From the NCBI GenBank assembly GCA_043228905.1, contig JBHGNT010000017.1, positions 3,720,001 through 3,784,000 on the forward strand: 64,000 bases of DNA, in the 5' to 3' direction. Below the pieces are notes generated by a model that was not told the origin of the DNA, did no database searches, and worked only from the letters and a program-made list of their open reading frames with translations. The stretch is from Azolla caroliniana. Taxonomy: Eukaryota; Plantae; Polypodiophyta. The translations under genes were made by a program, and so were the position numbers. Below are positions 49,645 through 61,300 of this stretch, in pieces. Every line of letters starts with the position of its first letter. Position 1 is the stretch's first letter.

Positions 49645-52281
49645 ATGGGCCGCTCGCCGTACGGCAATAGCATGAGTTGCTCGAAGGATGTATCGAGCTC
49701 CGGGAACACCCATCACCATTCCCACTCTCATCATCACCATCAGCAGCACCACCACCACCATTCTATGCTGAAGAAAGGCGCATGGACTCCCGAAGAAGAC
49801 CAGAAGCTCATCGACTACATCAACGAGCACGGCCACGGCAACTGGCGAGCTCTACCCAAGAAATGTGGTAGGAATTCATTAGCTAGCTAAAGGCACTACT
49901 CTGAAATCTGTGTTTTTCTTTCGATGAACTTAAACTAAATATCGCCCCGAGTCTTCTTCTCATTCTCATTTGTCCGAATTCTACTCGCGGGGGGATGATT
50001 GCGGATCGGATCGATTATATGTTTCTTTCATTAGTGTATTAGATTGATCATAAATTATAAATGTAAATAAATTTTTAAAATTTTTGTTTTTTGGTCTTTT
50101 TGGTTGGGGGATTTGATGAAAATTGGATTTTGGGTGGGTTGTTTAAATTATACAACAAGTAGGGCTTATGAGGTGTGGGAAGAGCTGCAGGCTGCGGTGG
50201 ACGAACTACCTGCGGCCCGACATCAAGCGCGGCGCCTTCGCCCCGTCCGAGGAGCAGAAGATCATCCAACTGCACGCCCTTGTTGGGAACAGGTATGTAT
50301 GTATGTATGTATGTATGTAAATCCATCCAATCCATTTTTTTTGACCTAATCCTAATCCAAATTATATATATTCAAATAATATATGTACCTAATCCACCCC
50401 CCCCCCCAAAATGAATGTGAACACATCTGAATAGGCCCAATTTATTCCTTCCCTTTCCAACAAATTGGGCCTAATATTCTCATCCATCCATCCATTGCTA
50501 ACCCACGGAAATGTTTTGGACGCGATAGATGGGCATTCATAGCTTCGCAGCTGCCCAAGCGGACGGACAATGAGATCAAGAACTACTGGAACACCGTCCT
50601 CAAGAAGAGGACGCAGAAGCCGGCGCCACCAGCGCCGGCGGCGGCGATGACGATGACGATGGGCACGACGTCATCGTCGTCGATGACGCCGGAGAGCTTG
50701 ATGGGGATGTTCGCAGCCGCCGCCGCCGCCAAAAGTGGCGGCACGTCCGATCAAACCTGCGCCGCCGCCGCCGCCGCCGACGGCGGCGGCGGCCTCGACA
50801 TCAACATGTGGATGTACAGCATGCAGAAGAGCATGAGCAAGCCGCCGCCGAGCGTGGCGGCGCCGCCGGAGTCTGGGTCCAATCATCTGGCGCAGTGGGA
50901 GACGGCGCGGCTGGAGGCGGAAGCCAGGCTTGCCCAGCAGTCCAAGGCGGCGCCGCCCGCTTCCTCCACCTCCTCCTCCTCCAAGCCGAAGCCGCAGTCC
51001 CTGGACTGGCTCTTCCGGTTCAACCTCAACAACAGCCCGCCCGCCGCCGCCGCCACGCCGCCCAGCCATAGCGCCGCCGCCAGGAAAAACAACAGCAGCA
51101 GCATTTTCAGCTTCCTTCCCGACCCCGATGGCCACAACAACATCAGCCGCCACTTCAACGCCGCCGCCGCCGCCGCCGCCGCCGGCAACAACTCGGCTTC
51201 CAGCAGCTCCGAGACGGCGGAGCTATCGGCGGCGGCGAGATCGGCGGGGACGGCCAAGGCATTGCAACAGCAGCAGGAAGGCAGCATGAAGTACCACGCC
51301 ATGACCTCCGCCATTAAGCTCGGATCCAACGGCCGCCTCTCCTGGAACAAGCACGAGCTCTCGCTGCCCAGCCTCACCTGCACAGCGCCTCCGCCTCCTC
51401 CGCCTCCTCCGCCGCCGTCTAGCTCTGCTTCCATCCTCCTCGACTGCCTCCACAGCCATAGCTCGCCGGAGGATCGCCACGACATCCACGCCAATATGAT
51501 GAAGCCCTCTGCCGCATCCATGTTGAATCACATGGCGGCGGCGGCCTCCTCCATGGAGAACATGATTAACAGCAGCGGATTAGGCACCGGAACTGCCGCT
51601 AATTCCTCAGAGAATGGATTAAGCAACCTGCTGGGGAACATCGCGCCCAATCTGCATGACCTAATGATGGAGGTGGACACGGCTAGCTGCTCCAAGAGCA
51701 TGAGGAGCAGCATCAATGATTCCTGCATCAAGCTCAGCCAGCTCATCGATTCCAAGAATGGCATACACAACAATCATCATCATCAGAGCGCTTTCAATGT
51801 GCTGGATTTCTACTCCATCCTCAGCACTGGCAGCCATGCCGGCGATCAGAAGAGCAACCCTAATCTGCTGCCTAGGTCATCCAACAACAATAGTAACATT
51901 TTGATGGAGGATCCTCAGCATGACCATGACCACCATATCCTGCGCCAGCAGTCGCAGTCGCAGTCGCAGTCGCAGACACAGACACAGACACGCAATGGCG
52001 CCGCTCCTACATCGTCATCGTCGTCCAAGCTTAACACTTCTCTACCTTCCGCCCATCACTCCAATACCCCCCCTGCTTCTTCTTCCCATAACCTAATCCA
52101 TTCTCATAATAACCTAAACAGTAGTAACTTCCAGCTCCTCAACCATGCCTTCGATCATGCCTCCAGCATGAACCAGCTCCAAGGGCTTAACTTCCAACAG
52201 ATCGCCGAGAACTTGATGCTCGGGGAGCCCAATGTGGAATCACAGTTCAATAATCTGCTAATGGACCTTAACTTGTGTTGA
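49645..52281 (+). CDS. R2R3-MYB transcription factor, subgroup 9 (MIXTA-like), about 701 aa. Exons: 49645-49867, 50163-50292, 50529-52281
   Basis: R2 [11 protein letters not shown]...[10 protein letters not shown], the canonical 130-bp exon 2 ([21 protein letters not shown]), R3 [15 protein letters not shown] and the subgroup 9 motif [20 protein letters not shown] introns, 2106-nt open frame. Confidence 0.93.
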
Positions 52282-52884
52282 TTTACTGTATTTAATCATT
52301 TGCTCCCCTAGTGGATGGTGATTGCCATTGTCTGGCGCTATCGGCAACATTATTTATACATTTGATCGATCGATCGATCTATTTTATTAATTGATTGATT
52401 ATATGTCGGAGTAATGATCATCGGATCGATCGATCGATCAATGACGGGGCACGGGTTCATTTTATTCATTGATTTTATGTATCACAAATTAGTGATCAAA
52501 TGTATAAGTATATTTATCCAAATCTATCATTTTCTTTGATTGATATTTAGTTTACCTGCTGGGCATATCATGAATTCGTGCTGATGGACTGAGTCCTTGG
52601 TACCATAGAGTTTAATATAGTTTAATGACAAACACTACTAATGTGGAGTGGTTAATTTGTGTCCATCTACTAATGTGGGCTGCATGATAATGGCATTAGG
52701 AGCTGGAATTACTAACTTAATTAATTAAAATCCCCCTATAGCATACAATCATAATATCGAATATAACGAGAAAAAAACCTCGACTGATGCGATGTTTCAA
52801 ATCTGTGCAGCGTTCCCTTAATTGTTCATCACAAAATACAACACACATGATCGATTAATGACGTTGCAATCTTGATCGTCATTA

Positions 52885-53375
52885 AAATTTAATCGTGCAC
52901 AATATCCGCGACGGGGCCTTAGATCATGCCATTGACTGAATGACAAGCGAGATATAATTAGTGGGCATTGTATATATCATTACTTACTTAATCATGGGTA
53001 TTGTACTCAATTGTGCACAATATGGGTATTGTACTCAATTGTGCACGATATCCGTAACCGGGCCTTCGATCATGCCATTGAATTAATGAATGAATGATAA
53101 GCGAGATGTAATTAGTGTGCATCGTATTTATATCATTACTTGATCATGTGTATTGTACTTAATGATGCACAATATCCGTGATCTAGTCTTAGATCATGCC
53201 ATAGGATGAGTGAATGAATGACAAGCGGCATTGTACTTATACATTACTTAATCGTGGATATTGTACTTAATCATCCACAATATCCATGAGTGGGCCTTAG
53301 ATCATGCCATTGAAGGAATGAATGAATGATAAGCTAGATGTAATTAGTGTGCATCGTATTTATATCATTATTTGA
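52885..53375. repeat. Degenerate tandem array, four units of 108-146 bp
   Basis: gatcatgccat at 52922, 53068, 53192 and 53300. Confidence 0.9.
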
Positions 53376-54473
53376 TTGATAACGTCCATAACGTGGTAGC
53401 TTGGTAGTGTGACAACATCATCAACCAAAGTATCGATCGATTAAGTGCTTTTATTGTCTTAGCTTGGTAGTGACTCAGGAGAGAGTGTTTATTAGACAAC
53501 AAAGAAGAACAAAGAACAAGGTGTTATACAATGTTGTTTCAAACATCAAATCATTCATGAAGTTAAGAGTGTGTTGGGGAGGAGGAACTTCATATCATCG
53601 TCGTTCATTCACCGAAAAAGTGAGTGCGAAAGTATTCGCTAGAAATGTATGCATTTCGAAATTCATTGAAAAGATCCCTATAAAGAATTTCGATCCACCC
53701 CCAATGGACCCCCGAAACTTGGCTAGACGTTATGAAGTGACGCATGTCGTTTTTTAACACGATCGAGTCGTGTGGGACCATATTTTAAATATGGGGCAAG
53801 CATTACCATAAGTGACAAAAAGGAAGTGTGCCAAAAGAACTTCCATTCTGTACTGTGGATAAGTAGTTGATATTCAAGGAAGCCTAATAAGTAATGTGCA
53901 TTTGATGCAACAAAACCTTGTAATCTAGATAGAAGGGTGATAATGTTTTTAATGCAATTCATCTCCATCTACACGAGGACTACTAGGGTAGGCTGAAAAG
54001 TTCACAAACATTTCACACATTCCATTAACTATATACTACTTTTAATATTCATGTAAAGCTGGGTTTCAAAGGTTGCAGGGATGGAAATTGTTGTTAGAAC
54101 TATAGCCAAGAGGATATGTTTTGTGTGTGGGTGGGTGGGCGTGTGTGCATATACGAGAGCATTAAATGATGGCCCATGGCCTTCTTCTTTCATAGGGGAG
54201 ATCGATAATGGAACAATTAGAGAGAGGAGAGGGCCGAGAATTAGAATGTGAATCCATTCCATTCGAGGTGGGGTTCTAGGGGGATTATTATGGGGGCTTG
54301 TTAGAAAATACCTTGTCATACATACAACCATGAATGCACTAAGGTCCAATGATTTTTGGCTTAAAGTCTCGTTTCCCACCCAGGACCTTTCCTACCGTGT
54401 TTCCATTATTGGCCCTTGGCCTACCATTTGTGCTATAATAACTTCGTAAATCATCTTCCATTTAATGCTTTAG

Positions 54474-54474
<1 letters not shown>

Positions 54475-54515
<41 letters not shown>
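54475..54515. repeat. (CT)n microsatellite. Other SSRs: (TG)n 33733-33768, (CT)n 39318-39362, (TAG)n 49076-49110, (CT)n 55304-55348
   Basis: Directly visible. Confidence 0.9.
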
Positions 54516-54518
<3 letters not shown>

Positions 54519-54794
54519 GTCAGAGGCGCTCGTCTCGCTCATCTAGGAAAGCCATGCTCTATCTACCAGAAAGGGAAACTTGTCCCTCTCATTTATGAAA
54601 CCGAGTAATAAAAAGCTCTAAGTTCTTCGACAAGTGAAGTTACTAAGGGGTACTGATTAGTTTTTTATAACATACTTTGATCTCCGCTAGATAGCATTAC
54701 CAATTGCGTTGAACAAACTTCTCCCTTTTTTATGTTTTGGGTTGCAATCGAGTGGTAAGCCAAGTTTTTATTAGCTCTTAAGTTTGTCTTCGGA

Positions 54795-55171
54795 TTATAA
54801 CTTCATTGGTAACATCAATCGACAAAGAGCAAGAAGTTGTGGGTTCAAGCCTTATGTTTGCATTGGAACTTTCAAAGTGGTGCATATAGTTGGTGAGGTT
54901 AGTAAGATGGAAAGTAAGTCATGTATTCAAACCCCCCCCCACAATACAAGTGGAATTTACTAAAGTAGTGCACGTAGTAAAACGTGGGGGTTGAACATGC
55001 ACAACTTCTTGCTCTTTGTAATCAACCTTACCAACTAAGGTAACAACTTCTTGGTCTTTGGCAATTAACCTTACCAATTGAGCTAACAACTCCTTGGTCT
55101 TTGGTGATCAAGCTTACCAACTTAGCTAATAACTTGTTGCTCTCTGACGATCAACCTTACCAATTGAACTA
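54795..55171. mobile_element. Cluster of tRNA-derived SINE-like sequences, including a minus-strand copy with a fourfold 43-bp head
   Basis: The minus-strand unit TAGCTCAATTGGTAAG... (A-box-like) starts on the + strand at 55001, 55043, 55086 and 55129, followed by B-box-like GTTCAACCCC. A + strand copy has GGTTCAAGCC at about 54842. Confidence 0.6.
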
Positions 55172-55300
55172 GAACTATCTTTTTCTTTCTTTGCCCAATA
55201 ATTAACTTAAACTCTTTAATAGTACAAGAACAAAGCAATGATATTAAACACTCCATGTTAAGTAGGTGTGGGAATGTCGTGGAGAACCACCGTGTATGAG

Positions 55301-55351
<51 letters not shown>

Positions 55352-58300
55352 ATCATGGTTTTATATTAGAGTACAACTTAGGTTCAAAATGTGAGTTGTG
55401 TTCTAATTTGGACAATAGTGCTATAACAAAGTGATGACATTAAACATGTTACACTACGTAATCGGTGGAATGCTTTGGAGAAACATGTATCAAAAACTCT
55501 CTCTCGGTGTATAAAATGCAAACACGTACAACCAATAAGAAAAAAGGTTGTATCAACTATCCCGACATTTTCCATATTTTTCTCTAAGTGGTAGATGCCT
55601 CCTTTCAATACTCTTTTTCTTTTTAGATAGTTTTTTGCTTCCTTGGTTTATTCTGCAATAAATTGTGAAACCAAAGCTTCTAGGTTTGTATGTATTGAAA
55701 CTCGCATACAAATAATCCTAAAGTTTGTCCAACATCTATGTTGTGAACATGGTGAATTGAAAGAGAAACCCGAAACAATGGTCATTTATGTCTGTGGCTA
55801 AAAGAGATGTAGCCATAATATGATTATGAAAAACATTAACTAGTTTTTAGATGATGAATTAAAAGTTTCAAAATGTGCTATATGGCATATACTTACGACA
55901 ACAATATTTATATGTGGGCTGTTTTTTTTTTACTTCTATAAATATTCATTGACATCTAGTTCAAATACAACGGTAAGGATGAGTATTGTGCATTAAAATT
56001 GAGATTAACATTATTCAAGTTATACATTCCTTATGAATCTGAGGTGAATCTAATAATATACAAGGCGCCCAATGAAATGCAATCACCCAATCAACAAAGC
56101 CATGAATGATGTGCACACCCACATAATTGGCATTCTAATAAATATCAAAATCAAAATCACGATAACGATATGTATTTGATGGGAAAGCAAAGTCCTATTG
56201 CCATAAAATTAAGGATGTAACGCGTTACTTTAAGAGTGGGGTTGTGCGTGAGATCAATTGTAACAAAAAGTTTTCCCGTTCATAACATTAATATAGTTGT
56301 ACTATTTTTGCATGCATGGATACATTAGAACGAAAAACGTAGTTTTCATTCATCATTATAAGTGTATTCCCTATATTTTGACGTGATCAATGATCGTCAT
56401 ATTGTGAAACTCATAGATCTTTTGTTTATTGTTATTGCACTAGAGACTATGATTGCTTAGAAGTAACATACTGAGTTCAACAATTAAAGGAATCTGACAT
56501 TTGACAGAATATAATGATGATTGGGAGACCCTTACCCACATAAGGTTCATTAATATACATGACCTTGTCCCTTCTTATACATGGTCAAATCATATAAAAT
56601 GTGCATAATATTGCTTTTAACATTCTCCATGGGAACTCTCGAGCCTACACCTTTGAAGGCAATATGCACATCGGTTCATTGATGCCATGATGATACATTT
56701 CCTTAGGTATTATCCCTTTCCAGCAGAAACGATTAAGCTCACTTTAAAATTATTTCCCCACCATGAATGGAGGAACGAATCTCAATTCCTTACCTTTTGA
56801 TTCAATTGAACATGTTTTTGTTTTGTTTAGGAGAGATCAATGTGAGGGGATTACTACAAAGTCAACAATCCATATAAATCATTTGACATTTGTTCTTTGA
56901 AAGTAGTGATCGAAGTTTGTTGTTTTGTATGTAAAAGATTCACAGGCTTCTTTTCGGGAGTGGAGGTGGGGGGGGCAAGAATATTAGTGGAGATTCTTCC
57001 GATCTCTCTCTATGTTTGTTTTCCTCATCTCCTACTTCTAATCCCAATGGGCCACATGTTAGAAGATGTACATAAAGTTGCTTAGGTCCCATTTCCATTG
57101 CGTAAGACTATTTCTTATGAAGTTATGTGGAATCATACTCTCAAAAACTTTACCCACGACATAATAACGCCCTAATTGTGCTTGCACAAGAAAAAATGTC
57201 ACACAGTTTGAGTAGAGTTGTTAAGAAACTATGTAGAAACATGTGTAGGTGTTAAAAAAACATGTTCAATGATGCCCCAAAACGATTGGCCCCACGCAAT
57301 GATTTTAGAAACTACGTAAGTACTATTTTGTAACAAGGTTTTTTTGTAACATGGTTTATTCACAGTTGGCTTTTTATTTAAGGTTGTATGTGAGAAAAAC
57401 TATTCAGCATAAAACTCTATGACTTTCATTCCATGAATTCTAATGATTCACGAGTTCTTGTATTCAACAATTGTTTACTAAAAAAGACGACTAGGTCCAA
57501 ATCAATGTGCATTACAAGGGAGTGCCTCCCTTGTATGTGAATGTGTAATAAAATGGCATGGGATAATGATAAGTAAAGGGTGGTAGAAAGAACGTGTGTG
57601 CTTTCACATGCAAACATCCCTAAGTGGTCGTAGTGAAATTGTCGTTTGTCGTTTACATGCAATGCCTTGTAATCTCAAGTAAGCAACTATTGTATACATG
57701 TTATTAGAAAGTAAGATAGTTGGTTTGACATGCACGACCACATGTTGAATGGTAGTCCTCCGAATCAAGTCAACACCATCTAGGTGACAATCTACACAAA
57801 AGCATACATCAGTAAAGCACCATAGAGCACACTTCCATTCATTATAAACTATGAAACTTATAACTTTGGGTTAGAACATGTGAGAAGGTTAATAATCTCG
57901 CCATTTAGTGAGCACAAATTTCTTAAGCCCTAAACAAAATTATAAAGCTATTAGTGAGCAAGTAGTAACATGTAGCTCTTTGTGTGGATACCAAGTGACA
58001 TTAATGAGGTCAAAGTGTATGACTTTGAATCAATTATATATCTTTTTGTGAAAGTAAGTGTATGCGCGCACACACACACCTTCTACTAAATATACACATT
58101 TATGTGCTATATTTCCTCATGGAGTGTCTATATAACAACAGTACCCATCGTAAGACAAAAAATCCTTACTCTCTTGTATAGAATTTATTGATCATCATTT
58201 CCATATCCTTTGGCAATTTCACACTTGGAAGCCCATTTAAGAAATCTAGCTATTTGTTTTTTATTTCAGTTGTGTGAACAATAACCTTTATGATTCATTA

Positions 58301-61300
58301 ATTTGAGGGGAAAAAAGATTAGCATACATGTGTCTCGACAACATAATATTGTATGACTATAACTTTTGTCTCTAAGATATGGGTGAGGTCATTTGTCAAA
58401 AACTTATGAACTTTATTCGTCACCTATGATAATTTGGGTTGAGTTAGATACACTATTATGAGTCGAATCACAATATAGCTACGAATTCAATGTTCTCGAG
58501 CGTGTTCAGATTGTCACATTTTAGTATTGCCTTTGTCATTTTTAACAAATATATGTCTTTGTTGTAATCTGAAAGGTCACAATAATCCCAAAGTACTCTT
58601 TTGTGGTTCAAATTTACACATAAAAACCTTATCAAGTACATGTGAACATTTATGTGGAAATGTAACTTATATCATCTACTTTGTGCATGTACAATAACAT
58701 CAAATGTATAGGGTTAGAGTTTGGTAAGTTGGAAGTTAGATTGTTATTTAATACTCTAGCTTGTCTGATGTTATGGAAGTTGGGATTGCTATTTACTCTA
58801 GCTTGCCCAATGCTATGGAAGTTGTTAACATGTTACAACAATCAATTGTTCTCATTGACATGCACAAAAATAGTTAAAATAGTTGCATATCATTTTCAAT
58901 ATGGAGAAAGATGCAACACGTTACACAAATCCTTAACGTTTCGTTTAATGTGGAAATTTTGGTAATCCATTATATAGGCCAGCCAATTATGGCCCTAGTG
59001 TTTTTCATAATGGTTGCGACTAAGTGATACTTATCTAAAAGAAGGGCCTAACTAAGAGGGGGGAAAGGAAAGGTGAAATGTCGTGAATAAGAGCAAGGTT
59101 GGATTGTCATTAGTTATCTTGTTCTAATTAGGTTGCATGATTACAACACAATCCCTCGGTTGATCATAGGTCAAATGAGCTTGAGTTAATTAAAACCCCA
59201 GTTTCATGAATCGACATCACTTTCCCTCCTTTTATGGCGGTTGATACCTAAGAAAAGTATCCGTTAGTTTTTCTAATGTTTCACTATAGGTAGTCTTCAT
59301 ACTATGAAAACTACTATGGGTAGTACAATCAATGGTACCCCATACACAAGTGCTATTTATGATGTCTTCCTTTTGTTAAAGGGTATTTATGATGTTTTGC
59401 TTTCGTTTAAATACGCACACATGCACAACACACACCTACTTTGCTATTATTCATGAACAACATTATTCGAGACATCGAAGATGAAACCTTAACTTTTGTG
59501 AGTGAAATATTTCCAATCATCAACCAAACACTACTGTTGAACCACTTTCATTCTATGGAGATGCTACCTGAAAAATATTAACCAAGAAGATTTAATAATC
59601 CTCCTACCTATATATATAACATTTACTACAGTATACGAGTCATTTATTTCACCTAGTAGTTATTAGTAACTCAATCATATCCCTTTAAAAGGGATATTTT
59701 CACATGATTTGAACAAAGTCTCATTTTTAACAAGGAGAATGATGGAACTTGTAAAAAAAATTAAAAAAATAGAGTTGTGTGTAGTTACGAAAAGAAAAAA
59801 CAACTACAGAAAACTCAAAGACATACAATCTTGGGATCTCAGTCAAGATCCTATAGATACTTAAGAAGCCATGTGATGTAAAGGCTAACATAAAAGGTGA
59901 ATATGATGCATTACCAACTCAGATATTGAGAACTCCTCAGATGATAACATCCTCGAGGATTCCAATAATGGGAATGGCCAAGTATGTCTTTTGCACCCCA
60001 AATTGTGCCACAAATACGAGTGTTATGCACATGCCAAGCATGTCATAACCCATAATAGATCAAGAACTCATAAACTATTCAAAAGTGCAATGAAGGGAAA
60101 CCCATGTCTATCTCAAAGAATGCCCATTAGATGCCAAAAACTATTAAAAAGTGTTATGAAGAGAAACCCGAGTCTATCTCTCAAAATATCCATCAAACAC
60201 CCATGTTATAGAAGCCCATACTACATAATATAAGTCAAATAGAAGACGATGTTGAGCAATTACCAAAGCAATGTTCACTATGGTCTAATGATATCGTGCA
60301 AAGAAACACATCATGCCAACAATATTTAGCTTCCTTAAGGCATCTACTAGGGGTTAGAAAGTGCAATATTATTACTTGGCATTAAAATATTCGAAAATGT
60401 GACTGAAGTCTGAAAGGCTTACTTAGACAATTACCAGAATTTGAACTAAGATTGTGCATAATCAATTGGTTGTTTGGATAATATAAACGGTGACACTCAA
60501 CAGGCAAAATTGCAATAATTGAAGTTTCATGTACTATGGGACAAAGGTATATTTTGTATCCATTGTTTTGATAAGGTGGACTAATTTTACTCTAAACCGA
60601 AATATTTATGTAAGCTAATAGCTATAGCTTAAAGAATGAGTAAATGATAATACTAATTGTTACTTCTTCATGAATATATTGAGAAGTTATCTAGATTAAC
60701 AGATTGTAATATCATTATATAATTAGGAAACCATTAAGGATCTCTAGAGTTTAGCGTAGTTAGCCATTTATTGAGGACAATTGGTTCTCATGTGCTATTG
60801 AGGTAAAAACAATCTAGATCATGATCAACAATAATTTTATATGATGATTATTTGTAATGAAGTTTTTTCATGGATGAGTGTGATAAATTTGTTAACATGC
60901 ATTCACATCAAAACAAGATTTGCAATCTAAACATAGGATGATTAGCTTTGAAAGTAACCATTATATCATGGTTTGCATAGATAAACATTTAACTCTAGGT
61001 CTTACAACTTCTAAGTATCAATTCTTGTCACACTTTCTACATTTAAATGATCACAATGATATGTTATGAGTATGCCCATAAAATATGATATGAAAGTGTC
61101 CAGAGTGTATTGATAATGGAACTGAACATATCATTCACCATTGGAAAGAGTGCACATGTGATGGCGAATAATTGGATAAGAATAAGGTTTGGTAACTGGA
61201 GTCTGGTTCACAAAAGCATTGCAATTTTCCACACAAGTTTAGATTTTAAAAAACTTTATAACATAGTGTTAATAAAAATACTCACATAACTTCATGCAAA

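Noticed and set aside
50058-50065. L1-box TAAATGTA in MYB intron 1
   Set aside because: Fits an epidermal gene, but an AT-rich 8-mer is expected by chance in this background.
50671-51773. Overlapping ORFs on both strands in MYB exon 3
   Set aside because: A by-product of (GCC)n-rich, stop-poor sequence.
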